Shown: in pieces, positions 27,438-39,570 of the stretch | Layout: every line of letters starts with the position of its first letter | Position numbering within the stretch: the stretch's first letter is position 1 | Assembly (NCBI GenBank): GCA_030141605.1 | Contig: JAQGDQ010001188.1 | Location: forward strand, 1 to 56,606 | DNA length: 56,606 bases | From: Tubiluchus corallicola | Lineage: Eukaryota; Animalia; Priapulida | Direction: 5' to 3' | Notes under the pieces: generated by a model | Told to the model about the DNA's origin: nothing | What the model saw: the letters and a program-made list of their open reading frames with translations, nothing else | Databases searched by the model: none | Program-made: the position numbers and the translations under genes

Positions 27438-28102
27438 AGAAACCCCTTCATAAACATAAAGCTTGAAAAATTCGTTTTGAAATTTTATATCGCTTACATG
27501 CTGCCTTTTTTCGTGCAGGACTTCAATCGGCAGTCACGCTGTATAAAACATGCAAATTTAAACTCCCGCGATGACCGTTAGACGCAGCCATTTTCACGAC
27601 AGGTCATTTGAAACAAATTTAGATAACATTTTGTAAAGTTTGAAAAAATAATCAGAGCATTCGTAGCGCACAAGTCACTAACTAAATAAAATTTAAAATT
27701 ACTGCATCTTGTCAATAAGATTAAAAATACGTTTTCAGTTAGTGAGTGAAGCAATCTGGAGAGTGAGTCAGCGACATTTTACCAATAGGTGAAAACATTT
27801 TAAATAATTAATAATTTTCTTTTTTAGTTATAAGTCTTTCTAGCAGGTAAGCGAAAGTCTAAGTAATATAGATTTGCACGGAAAGTCTTTTGAGACATAA
27901 TTTAACATTTCCTTTTCTTCCCTTGAATTACGTTTGGTACATGACGTCATGCAATGGCGCGATCGGAACAGTATTGCGAGAGATTTAAAATGAGAAGAAA
28001 CTAAAATTCCTTTCAGTGTGAGTGAGATATACAGATATAAAGTAATACAATTTTTAAGGCGATTTTTCTGAAACCTACTTCAGGTGCCCCTTTTCTTGTC
28101 CT
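27438..28102 (+). mobile_element. Kolobok-like non-autonomous element
   Basis: Ends ttttcttgtcct|TTAA; reverse complement of 29500-30168. Confidence 0.75.
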
Positions 28103-28919
28103 TTAAATCGCATCGTCCACTTCCGGGAGCAAGAGAAATCCCGTGCACGTGACGACGGCAATTTCCAAACGAAAGTACGAAGAACTGTACATACAGTACG
28201 GAATATGTAAAAAGTTGAAACTATTCCTACCAAGTCTTGCTAAAACTACAGTAGAGATTGTACAGTTCTTTGTTTTGAAGCGTGTCCCTTTCAGGTTTAG
28301 AGTGGGTATAGTATGAGGTGTCATTGCGTTTGGTTACTTTCCTGAATGAGGTTCTGTGTTTAGAGTTCTTATACCGCTGTAATCAACTGTAGTCCGTGAT
28401 CTTATTTTAAATTTTCAAGTGAAACTTCTTCAAGCAAAGCCATATTGTAGGAGACTGTATCTTTGCACGTCATTTTTCTGCGGGTGTTAGTTTCTAAATG
28501 TGAGTAAACATTATATATGACGTATATATTTCTGATAAGAATAAATAATCATATCAACGGTGTGGTAAATGTATTTAATTTGTGTAATTATAATAATAAT
28601 AATAATAATATTCTTTATTACAATTAATGTACAAAAATTGTACTGCACAATATACATACATAAAATTTTTGTGTATTTTGTAAAGTACAGTTTGTGTACA
28701 TTAATTGCAATAAAGAACATTATATATTATTATTGTTGTTGTTGTTGTTGTTGCTGCTGTTGTTGTTGCTGCAGAAATTAACTGCATTTACCACAAGTAA
28801 TATTGTTTGACGTTTCATCTTCTTTTGAACAACTGCTGCTACTTTGTCACGTTTTTAACTAAGGCAATTTTATAAAAGCGTGTTTTAGCTCGTTTTTTGT
28901 TTTTAAACAATTTTGTAAC

Positions 28920-29122
28920 TAGGGTTGCCACCACTCCTGATTTGGCCCGGTGTCTAGGGCTGCCACCACTCCTGATTTGGCCCGGTGTCTAGGGTTGCCA
29001 CCACTCCTGATTTGGCCCGGAGTCTAGGGTTGCCACCACTCCTGATTCGGCTCTGAGTCTAGGGTTGCCACCACTCCTGATTCGGCCCGGAGTCTAGGGT
29101 TGCCACCACTCCTGATTCGGCC
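28920..29122. repeat. 35-bp tandem array x6 of a TAGGGTTGCCA (hAT-like) left terminus
   Basis: tagggttgccaccactcctgatttggcccggtgtc at 28920, 28955, 28990, 29025, 29060, 29095. Confidence 0.9.
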
Positions 29123-29402
29123 ATAGATTCGTAGTACGGTCCGGTTTTTGAAAAGTTCGGAATTCTCCTGATTTCGACCTAAATTTAAATGCAAAAAAGC
29201 GGAACAACAACTTGCGTGCCATTGTAACTTGGCACAAAATGAAGCCAAAAAACAGCTGAGTCTCTACAGTAAACGTACAAAATTAAGTTTGCATGGCTTC
29301 ATCATTTCAGTCTACATTTTTTGCCCGTTTTGCTGCAGCGGCAAGTGCTTATTCTTTCTTCAGCTGTAGTTTTAATTCATACAACATAAAACACTTAATT
29401 AA

Positions 29403-30176
29403 AGTACAAGAAAAGGGGTACCTGAAGTAGGTTTCAGGACAAGAAAAGGGGTACCTGAAGTAGGTTTCAGGACAAGAAAAAGGGGTACCTGAAGTAGGTT
29501 TCAGGACAAGAAAAGGGGTACCTGAAGTAGGTTTCAGAAAAATCGCCTTAAAAATTGTATTACTTTATAGTAATTTTATGCGTATATCTTACTCGCACCG
29601 AAAGGAATTTTAGTTTGTTTTCATTTTAAATGTCCCGCAATACTGTTCCGAAGTCGCCATTACATGACGTCATGTGCCAAACGTAAATCAAGGGAAGAAA
29701 AGGCAATGTTAAATTATGTCTCAAAAGACATTCCGTGCAAATCTATATTACTTAGATTTTCGCTTACCTGCTAGAAAGATTTATGTAACTAGAAAAGAAA
29801 ATTATTAATTATTTTTCACCAATTGGTAAAATGTCGTTGACTCACCCTCCAGGGTGCGCCACTCAGTAAACAAAAACGTATTTTTAATCTTATTCACAAG
29901 ATACAGTAATTTTAAATTTTATTTAGTTAGTGACTTGTGCGCTACGAATGCTCTGATTATTTTTTCAAACTTTACAAAATGTTATCTAAACTTGTTTCAA
30001 ATGACCTGTCGTGAAAATGGCTGCGTCTAACGGTCATCGCGGGAGTTTAAATTTACATGTTTTATACAGCGTGACTGCCGATTGAAGTCCTGTATGTAAA
30101 AAGGCAGTATGTAAGTGATATAAAATTTCAAAAGGAATTTTTTAAGCTTTATTTTTAAGAAGGGTTCTCATGTGCT
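29403..30176 (-). mobile_element. Kolobok-like non-autonomous element, full length, TTAA TSD
   Basis: TTAA|agtacaagaaaa ... ttctcatgtgct|TTAA; one end amplified as a 33-bp unit x4 (29405-29537). Confidence 0.78.
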
Positions 30177-30478
30177 TTAAGAATTTGATTGCTAAACGCG
30201 GTTCCCAGAAATCTCCAAAAACGTGAGAAATGTGACAATGAAGAAACTCCGTGAAATTGATGTACACTGCTTACACTTTTGCAAGTTTTAGTCTTATGGC
30301 TTTTTTGGTGTCTAAAATCACGAATTTTTGCTACTTTACTGTTTGGATTTCATGGTTTTAGTTTTTAAAAAACCTCATGAAACATCTAAGATGTAGGAAA
30401 TGTCTAGTTTCTGGGGCTTCGTGCCAGGTTCCACTTGGGGAGCTTACTGGCCTCTTAGCTCTTGAATTGTGACTGCGA

Positions 30479-31158
30479 TTTATGACAATGTGGCAACCCT
30501 ACTCGGTTTATGACAATGTGGCAACCCTACTCGGTTTATGACAGTGTGGCAACCCTACTCGGCTTATGACAATGTGGCAAGCCTACTCGGTTTATGACAA
30601 TGTGGCAAGCCTACTCGGTTTATGACAGTGTGGCAACCCTACTCGGCTTATGACAATGTGGCAAGCCTACTCGGTTTATGACAATGTGGCAACCCTACTC
30701 GGTTTATGACAGTGTGGCAACCCTACTCGGCTTATGACAATGTGGCAAGCCTACTCGGTTTATGACAGTGTGGCAACCCTACTCGGCTTATGACAATGTG
30801 GCAAGCCTACTCGGTTTATGACAATGTGGCAACCCTACTCGGTTTATGACAGTGTGGCAACCCTACTCGGCTTATGACAATGTCAGTGTGGCAAACCTAC
30901 TCGGTTTATGACAGTGTGGCAACCCTACTCGGCTTATGACAATGTGGCAAGCCTACTCGGTTTACGACAATGTGGCAACCCTACTCGGTTTATGACAGTG
31001 TGGCAACCCTACTCGGCTTATGATAATGTCAGTGTGGCAAACCTACTCGGTTTTTGACAGTGTGGCAACCCTACTCGGTTTATGACAGTGTAGCAAACCT
31101 ACTCGGTTTTTGACAGTATGGCAACCCTACTCGATTTATGACAATGTGGCATGGCAAC
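30479..31158. repeat. 28-bp tandem array x~24 of a TGGCAACCCTA right terminus
   Basis: Unit tatgacaatgtggcaaccctactcggtt contains the reverse complement of the 28920 array core. Confidence 0.9.
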
Positions 31159-31435
31159 CAAAAGTGATGCTACTAAGCCAATAGTTCTTACGTTATTAAA
31201 AGGGTGGCTGTCCCGATAACAATATTTTTTTTCTTTCTGTTAGTTATTTACAGCATTTCTGTTATTTGAATTGTTATTGTGGGAAAATATATAAAAAATG
31301 TAAATGTTGACTGTATGAGTGTCGCGAAAGTTTGTCACACTTCCCTGTATATTTCTTTACTGTTCGGTTCTCACTAAGCCTCTGAGTCCTACACCAATAT
31401 TTCTGAAATTTGTAAAAAAAATTATTTTGTTTTAG

Positions 31436-31550
31436 ATGACGTTTAGATTCGTTTATTACTGGCTTGTCCTGTTCTTCATTATAATCAGCTGCTTTAGAAT
31501 CATCTCATCAGACGAAAACGATAATGAGCTTGATGAATGGGAACTCTCAG
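31436..31550 (+). CDS. Astacin-ShKT metalloprotease, coding exon 1: signal peptide + start of prodomain
   Basis: ttttag|ATG; MTFRFVYYWLVLFFIIISCFRIISS; donor TCAG|gtaaaa, phase 1. Confidence 0.8.
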
Positions 31551-31562
31551 GTAAAATTCAAG

Positions 31563-31613
31563 CTCTCTCTCTCACCCTCCCTCCCCCCTCTCTGTCTCTC
31601 TTTCTCTCTCATC

Positions 31614-31684
<71 letters not shown>

Positions 31685-31889
31685 TCTCTCTTTCTGTTTC
31701 TCTCTCTCTCTCTCTCTGCCCCCCCCTCTCTCTCTCTCTCTGCCTCTCTCTCTGTCTTTCTCTCTCTTTCCCTCCCCATCTCCCCTCTTTCTCTCTCTCT
31801 CTCTCTCTCTGCCTCCCTCTCTCCCCTCTCTCTTTCTCTCTCTCCCTCCCTCTCCTCTCTCTCTTTTTCCCTTTCTCTCTGTCTCTTCT

Positions 31890-31942
<53 letters not shown>

Positions 31943-31958
31943 CACCTCTCTGTCTCTG
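31563..31958. repeat. Degenerate (CT)n microsatellite
   Basis: Direct reading. Confidence 0.9.
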
Positions 31959-32399
31959 ACTTAATAGTGTAAAATTTGAAAAGAGATAGATAGAGAGAGA
32001 GGGGGAGGAGTGAGAGGGAGAAGGAGAGGATATTCTGTAAATTTTAATATTATATCAGAGACAGTCTTCATGAAGTGTTCAAGTTTTCATAATTTTTCAT
32101 CGACATCACAAGCAGCAAGTTCGTTTCACACTAAGACCGAAAGTTTTTTACTCTTTTGCATTCAGTACCTGTAGAAGCTGTTATTTATACATTATACATT
32201 AATGGGTTTAAGAACAGCATACCTAGCTCATTTTTAAAGTAACTACACACTAAAGTATTAAACACCTCACATTTTCGGAATATAATAGATGCATAATTAT
32301 ATGATACGTCTCTTATTCTTTCACGATTATAAGCAACACTAACACATTAATGAAATAATAAAAACTCATCTATATGCAAAAAGGTGGAGACTAAAGATG

Positions 32400-32968
32400 A
32401 AAATGACATCTGTGTCACCTCATGTGCATCCTCTTTACAAGAAAATCAGCCATTTGATAGAGATGGAGAATGGGAACATGTTAACCGAAATGAAAAATGG
32501 GAACATGTTAACCGAAATGAAAAATGGGAACATGTTAACCGAAATGAAAAATGGGAACATGTTAACAGAAATGAAAAATGGGAACATGTTAACAGAAATG
32601 AAAAATGGGAACATGTTAACAGAAATGAAAAATGGGAACATGTTAACAGAAATGAAAAATGGGAACATGTTAACAGAAATGAAAAATGGGAACATGTTAA
32701 CCGAAATGAAAAATGGGAACATGTTAACAGAAATGAAAAATCGAATACGTTCAGTTTCAATCATCATGTGGTAAATTTCCTCACGAAGACGACGCATAGC
32801 TTCTTGCTGCAGTGCAATGACATTTCTCAACAGGAAAACCATGAGAAAAATTCCCCATGAGGCGTCTGTGTGAAATGCGCCATTTAAAGGTGTGTGTTAG
32901 ACTTTTTTCTTAGATTTTCGTAAGGAATCTCGCCAGGAATTTTTCCTCGGGGAATTTTCCCGCACATC
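32400..32968 (-). mobile_element. Partial TIR element with internal 24-bp minisatellite (32465-32740, ~11 copies)
   Basis: Reverse complement matches 39571-39860, where the unit occurs only once. Confidence 0.75.
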
Positions 32969-33190
32969 CCCCGTGTGAAGTGAGCCTTTTTGGTATCAAT
33001 GGATTCGGCGGCACGCATATATACCTCCTTTCTCTTTATAATTGTAAACTTTGTTTAGCCTTCTTGTGTCTACCACGTCGAGGTGCCTCTTCTGACCAAC
33101 AGAGGCCAAAGCGGTGTAGGAATCACCTCTAATTTTTTTTCTAATATTGTGGAATCAGGGTTACGATTCGTCATTGTGCCATTTTTCTAG

Positions 33191-33228
33191 GTCAATTTGA
33201 AGGCGACATCATAATACCGGAAACTTCG
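33191..33228 (+). CDS. Astacin-ShKT exon 2: prodomain FEGDI aspartate-switch motif
   Basis: ttctag|GT CAA TTT GAA GGC GAC ATC = GQFEGDIIIPETS; donor gtgagt, phase 0. Confidence 0.88.
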
Positions 33229-34335
33229 GTGAGTGTCAGTTTTTAATGATTTGCGTCACGGTTTCTTGCATTGTAGTTGCTAAACAAAAGAACGTCTAAA
33301 AGTGATGCAAAGAACCCCTCTTAGAAAGAATGTGGGTTATGTCAGTCAAACTAAGCCTTTTCAGAGTTCCAGCGATTGGTGATGATCGTGAAAAGGTCAA
33401 AGGTTAAGTGTAGCACACAACGCATTTGTGTACTCTTGGCAACGCCTGGCTGCCCATGCTATTGTAACAGTAACAGTTTTAACAGCTGGCTAGAACCTTA
33501 CCTAGTTCATTTTTTCTTGTTCCCAACCGAGATTGTGCTAGTAAATCACTCTACGTACAGACTTATGCATAATTAAGTAAAGTCCACATAAAACAACTGA
33601 AGTTACTGAACTGACGCGGCAGGATGCTTTACTTTACCCACGTGTCGCGAGACGGTTGTATGTGCTGTGGTACACTTAACCTTTGACCTGCAACAATTGC
33701 GCCTGCGCACAAGAAAACTGTGAAAAGGCTTATTGGCATGAAATCGATTGAAAAAGTGGTATAGATTTTCACTAACTGTTTTCAAGACTCCAGACATTAT
33801 TATTGATGATCTGAAGGTGTTCGTCTTTTTTACAAAAAATATTATCGGTAGGAATCTGCATCATTGCAATGATGCTATAATTGTTTCAGCCGTGCTTTTG
33901 TGAATACAAGTTTAGCATTAGTAAAGAATTCATGCAAACATGGCCGCACAATGAGTCAAATTTATACATTACTAAGAGAGAGTGAGTGAGTGTGGGTGGG
34001 TGGTTGATTGAGTGAGTCATGGTTGGGTGAGTGGGTGAGTGAGTGTGTGAGTGAGTGAGTGGAAAAAGGGACGCTGGAGATGCAATATGTCAGAGAGAGA
34101 AAGAACAAAAGAATGTGTGACGTGGGAAAGAAAAGGAGTGTAAGAAAGAGAGAAGGAGATAGACAAATCGGCCAGCAGACAAGAACAAAGGCAAGCAGAC
34201 AGACAAGAAGACAAGCAAGCAGACAGACTAGGACGTAGAAAAGCGGACAGACAAGGCATTTTTACTAGTCCATAAAATTGTGGTACAGTGAATTAACATA
34301 TACAATATGGTCAGTGTGGAAAACTTTCATTTCAG

Positions 34336-34411
34336 AGTGAAAACGCCATCATTGGAGATCATTTCAAGTGGCCAAATGCTCAAGTGCCTTATGAAATCTC
34401 TTCTCTATTCG
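34336..34411 (+). CDS. Astacin-ShKT exon 3: start of mature domain
   Basis: SENAIIGDHFKWPNAQVPYEISSLF; tttcag acceptor, gtaaga donor. Confidence 0.9.
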
Positions 34412-34659
34412 GTAAGAATGTGAAAAAGATGGCTGCGACATACACACGCACGCACGCACGCACACACACATCATGTGATATATATATTCGTACTCGTGGT
34501 ACAATCACATCAAATATACAAATAGATGAACAAGCAAAATAACATTGATTAACTAGATTAGTAAGGCAGGTTTTTTTATCAGCAAGAACAGTGAACCTAA
34601 ATGTTGCAATGATTAGTTCTCCAATTTCAATAGTAATAAGCTGCTTTCTCACCAAGTAA

Positions 34660-35460
34660 CCCACCCAGTAACCCACAAGCGTGTTCAGACTAGAGAGCAA
34701 AACTTGCTGCGAGTTACTCTCCGGCAGTAATTGTGAGCTGACACTTACTTCTCTATTCACTGCGAGAAGTGTCGAGAGTAACTCGCCAAGTAACTCGCAG
34801 ATGTGTTCACATTAGACAGCAAAACACGCTGTGAGTTACTCTCCTACAGTAATTGTGAGCTGACACTCACTTCTCTGCAGGGCCTATTTCAGGGGGAGGA
34901 AAGTGGGGATACTTCCCCGGGGCCTCACCCTCCAGGGGGGCCTTGCGCCAAGGTAACATTTTTTGCTTTATGCGAACATACTGCCTCCTTTCTCTCTCTC
35001 TCTCTCTCTTGCCGCACGCGCGCCGTTTGCCAGTATTGACAAGTATTAAGGACTGGTCTTGAGAATAAAGCAGTTTTTCTTTCAATTGTTCTTTCCTTTA
35101 ACAACTGTATAACTCCATATTTTCTCTTTGAAAATGCTTCCCCGGCGTTCTAGCAGTTCAAACATTTTCTGGGCGCCCGGCGCTTCGTCACCCGACCCCC
35201 CCCCCCGTCCCCGAGGGGCCTCACACGCCCCACTTCCCCGGGCCTCGCTTAAGCTGAAATAGGCCCTGCTTCTCTGTTCACTGCGAGAAGTGTCGAGAGC
35301 AACTCTCCAAGTAACTCGCAGATGTGTTCAGACTAGAGATCAAAACTTGCTGCGAGTTACTCTCGGGCAGTACGCTTGCGCTGACTGACACTCAGCTCTC
35401 TATTCACTGCAATAACTGTCCAGAGTAACTCTCCGATGCGTTCACACTAGACAGTAAATC
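34660..35460. repeat. ~123-bp diverged tandem repeat interrupted by a MITE
   Basis: gtgttcagactagaga..caaaacttgctgcgagttactctc recurs at ~34681, 34804, 35324, 35438. Confidence 0.75.
34878..35268 (+). mobile_element. MITE family B (CAGGGCCTATTTCAG TIR, 8-bp TSD cttctctg), hAT-like
   Basis: 15-bp TIRs, exact 8-bp TSD, internal segment shared with family A. Confidence 0.9.
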
Positions 35461-35819
35461 GACCCGCAGCAACTGTCGGAGCCGTTTGCAGTTTCTTCTT
35501 GCAGTTTCTAAACAATTCCCAAAGCAGTTCAAACCTTCGAGTTTACTGTCAGAATGAAAACTCGCAGGACAAATTTTATAGATTAGAACGTTTAGGTTAA
35601 CAATTATTGCTGTGAAAAAAAACTAGCCTCAACTACAGCTGGTCTTGCACATTATACATTAGTATAATTATACTATTATTAATTTAGTATTAGTATTATT
35701 AATAGTATTTAGTAGTATTAGTAATTTATACATTAGTGAGACAGAAAGAGTAAGAAGGAGAGTACGTGAGTGTGAGAACGAACAAAACTGAGAAAGCAGC
35801 AAAGAGAAGGAGAGAGGAG

Positions 35820-36288
35820 GAGTAAAGGAAAGTTGTGTTAAATAGTGATTTTGATTAAACTGGTGATTAAATTATTAAATTAATAATTCAAGATTAAATG
35901 CTTGACGATGCAAGATTAAACTATCGTCGTGGTTAGAAGCTTACTTAGGTGTGGCATCACGTGACCAGCTGATGTTCGACCGGCTGACTCAGAAGTAAAG
36001 ATTGATCATGTAATCCTTATGCGCAGAAGTTCACGGCGCATTAGGTAGTTAGACAAAAGTGTTTTGAGGCTCGCACCTCGGGGGAGATTAGGAACTGACT
36101 TGAAGACGGAGGGCTGGCATTACTATCCTCTTATGTTTGCCGTGTTCTGTTTGATGTTTAATAAATGTGTTGCTTATTAAATAAAGTCTTGATAGTTTGC
36201 CATGCCCATCGTGGCTCCCTCACACGCCACACAATAAACAATAATAATCAGCAAGCAGCTTTAACCACAAGAATAAATAAACTTTAAT
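35820..36288 (-). repeat. Dispersed repeat R3
   Basis: Reverse complement of 26325-26790. Confidence 0.8.
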
Positions 36289-36360
36289 CAATTATTTTAC
36301 TGAAGGGAAGGTGTGTGAAATCTGGATTGTTCTTACATCATGCGTTTTTTTTCTTTTTAG

Positions 36361-36487
36361 ACTCCGTAGATCCAAAAGCCAAAGATGTGATTCAATCGGC
36401 CATCGATGAATACGAAGAGAAGACCTGCATACGATTCGTACCGCGGAATGAACACACTGATTTTATACTGCTTACGCCTGGAAAGGG
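36361..36487 (+). CDS. Astacin-ShKT exon 4
   Basis: DSVDPKAKDVIQSAIDEYEEKTCIRFVPRNEHTDFILLTPGKG (astacin TCIRF motif); phase 1-2. Confidence 0.92.
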
Positions 36488-37326
36488 GTAGGTAAAGGTC
36501 AGAGTTCACTGAGCTTCGAATCTCGCTAGATTTGTGCTAATCACGGCTTCGTGGAAGAAGCCAAAGTTGGATGATTTGTTTCTTGGAAGCCAGTTATTGA
36601 TTTTATCAAGTTAAAAGTTTAGAAAAAAATTGTCAAAGAAGAAAAACTACAGGAACATTCTAGGAATAAAATGGCCAGAGAAAATATAAAACCAGGATCT
36701 GTATAATAAAATCAAGGAATCACATTTAACTGTGATTGGACAGTTAAAATCAAAAGGGGAAGATTGGGGTGGAAAGTACATGACTACCAGATTTCGATCC
36801 ATTAAAATGCCACTCCTTAGCTTTTGAAGAAGCCTTGCAGAAAGAAAAGAAACCACAAGGTGGACAACTGCTGACTCGCATCAATTTTATGTTATAAAAT
36901 GGTACGGAAATGCAATTATAAAAAACTATAAGAGAATAGTTGTTGGTTTCCCATGTTGCTTTTAGAATGTGATGCTTACAATGCAGCTTCTTCCAACAAG
37001 AGGATTAAATTAATTAAAAATACAGGGCATTAATTAAAAACACACGACCTTTTGCTATGGGGGGTGCAGAAACAATGAGTAAGAGCAGAGAATTTAACAA
37101 TTTATTACGCCAGATCCACACCATAATTGGTTTTTGTTTTCCCATTTCTTTTGGTTCTATACAATTGAGTAAAACCATATCCCAACTTTAGTAGCAACAC
37201 CTGCCTAATACGGATGACTGTGTTGGCACTTATTACATAGTTTTATTGTGGGAGAGCTATGATTATTGATCATTGAGTTGGTTTATCTGTACTCGACTAA
37301 GTTTGTTCAATTTTTGCATTTCTTAG

Positions 37327-37502
37327 CTGTTCATCGTCGGTAGGACGACAAGGGCTTGAACAGAAAGTGAACTTGGGAAACGGCTGTGTTCATCACGGAA
37401 TTGTTGTTCATGAGTTCATGCATGCACTCGGATTCTGGCATGAACAAAGCAGAGCTGACAGAGACGATTTTGTAACCATTCAACTTAACAATGTCTTACC
37501 AG
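37327..37502 (+). CDS. Astacin-ShKT exon 5: zinc-binding motif
   Basis: CSSSVGRQG...HEFMHALGFWHEQSRADRD = HExxHxxGxxHExxRxDRD; phase 2-1. Confidence 0.96.
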
Positions 37503-37506
37503 GTAT

Positions 37507-37957
37507 CCTTATGCCATTGTTATCAGTGTTGCCTTATGCCATTGTTATCAGTGTTGCCTTATGCCATTGTTATCAGCGTTGCCTTATGCCATTGTTATCA
37601 GTGTTGCTTTATGCCATTGTTATCAGTGTTGCCTTATGCCATTGTTATCAGTGTTGCCTTGTGCCATTGTTATCAGTGTTGCCTTATGCCATTGTTATCA
37701 GTGTTGCCTTATGCCATTGTTATCAGTGTTGCTTTATGCCATTGTTATCAGTGTTGCCTTATGCCATTGTTATCAGTGTTGCCTTGTGCCATTGTTATCA
37801 GCGTTGCCTTATGCCATTGTTATCAGTGTTGCCTTATGCCATTGTTATCAGTGTTGCCTTATGCCATTGTTATCAGTGTTGCCTTATGCCATTGTTATCA
37901 GTGTTACTTTATGCAATTGTTATCACTGTTGCCTTATGCCATTGTTATCAGTGTTGC
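37507..37957. repeat. 25-bp minisatellite x~18 immediately after a splice donor
   Basis: Unit ccttatgccattgttatcagtgttg. Confidence 0.95.
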
Positions 37958-38964
37958 TGATTGGCCATTTGCCTCTGAAATATTTCATCAGGTTGTTAAA
38001 TGAAGACACGATGATTTTTCATATGCCACCCCATTTTCAAGTCCAATAAAAAGTATGTCGATGAATAAATGGACTCGAATAAAAAAGGGGGGGTGGAAGT
38101 CAAAGAGAAAGTTATTAACCTTGATCATAATAACTTCTACATAGTGACACAAGAATGTTTACATGCTCATTGTTACAATACATGTAATGACGTTAAATTT
38201 GTTACATAATGAAAAATTTTGCAATTCTCTGTGGTTGCTTGCCATGATTTAGTTAAAAGAAGACAGGATGATTTTTCACACACCATCCCATTCTCAAGTA
38301 CAGCAAAAAGTATACATTTTAACATAATTAATACTGCAAAAGTGTTTCTGATAATTAAATAATAGATTAAAAACTCAGTTAATGACAGGCGATCCCAACT
38401 ATTGACGACATCACAAACTAACATAATTTTCAACAGCAAAAATATTCCACGAGTGTGTTGCACGTGTTTGTGAAAGCGAAAATTGAAGTACAATGCTACT
38501 GTAAGATATTCAGTGCGTTGTAGTAAAACTAGGCAAGTTTTAAGATAAAAATTCAAATTTGGAATTTACTGCTGTGCTCTCGCATGAGCTGTCGAACATG
38601 TGCAGTTCGTCACAAACTAACACATCTGAACTGAGAGGCACAGCACCTGTTTTTTGTGCATTGCGTTACCGAAATACAGACGCCATTGCCCGTATGGGAT
38701 GTACCTTGTTTTAGAACATAGAAGCACCTAGACGGCAACGACGACCACATTTATCAGGGGCAGATTAAGTGTTTTAGAGACCTAAAGCTAACTGCGTAAA
38801 AGACTGCAGGGTGAAATACCCTGATTGTAAATATGAATGTAGGATGTACAAGGAAGTTAAGTAACCAGGGGGGGGGGGGGGGAGAAGGAGGTTTAGGGCA
38901 CAATGTGCAGAGGAATGCTATCAGGATAATGCAACCTTCTGTAATCTGGCACATCTAACTTCGC

Positions 38965-39207
38965 CACCAACAGCTTCAAGAACAACAACAACAACAGCAA
39001 TAACAATACTAGCAACAACAACAACAGCAATAGCAACAGCAGCAGCAGCAACAACAACAACACCAGCAGCAGCAAGAGTGGCAGCAACAACAACAGTAGC
39101 TGCAACAACAACAACAACAACAGCAGCAGCAACAGCAACAACAAACCAACAAGAACAGCAACAACAACGACGACAACAACAGCAACAACAACAACAACAA
39201 CAACAAC
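38965..39207. repeat. (CAA/CAG)n microsatellite
   Basis: Direct reading. Confidence 0.9.
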
Positions 39208-39290
39208 GTCCCTTATTCTTTTGCAGTAAATTTTTCATAGTTGATATTTTTACTTGACATGATAATCCCATTTTATATGAAACTTTTCAG

Positions 39291-39515
39291 GCAAAGCTCA
39301 TAATTTTAGAAAGTACACATTAAAAGATATACAACATTTGGGTGAAGGCTACGATTACAGGAGCGTGATGCATTATGGAGCAAACGCATTTTCCACCGGA
39401 GCAGGTCCGACCATTCTTCCTAACCAACATGACGCCGCTATTGGTCAGAGGAGACACCTTAGCGAAACAGATGCAAGAAAGCTAAATAAACTTTACAATT
39501 GCGGAAAGAAAGGAG
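39291..39515 (+). CDS. Astacin-ShKT exon 6: Met-turn and end of catalytic domain
   Basis: YDYRSVMHYG (SxMHY), GQRRHLSETDARKLNKLYNC; phase 1-1. Confidence 0.95.
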
Positions 39516-39570
39516 GTATATATGCACGGCACGGAATCGGTTGGTATTAAAAAGACCCATTACTTTCAGA

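Noticed and set aside
32384-32860. ORF with (EKWEHVNRN)-like repeats
   Set aside because: Minisatellite expansion inside a transposon fragment in an astacin intron.
35834-36224. R3 as a definite solo LTR
   Set aside because: Similarity between copies extends past the TG...CA bounds and no TSD was seen, so it is left as an unclassified repeat.
37503-38049. Cys-rich read-through ORFs after the zinc-motif exon
   Set aside because: Stop-free 25-bp minisatellite; splicing at 37502 is needed to reach the Met-turn exon.
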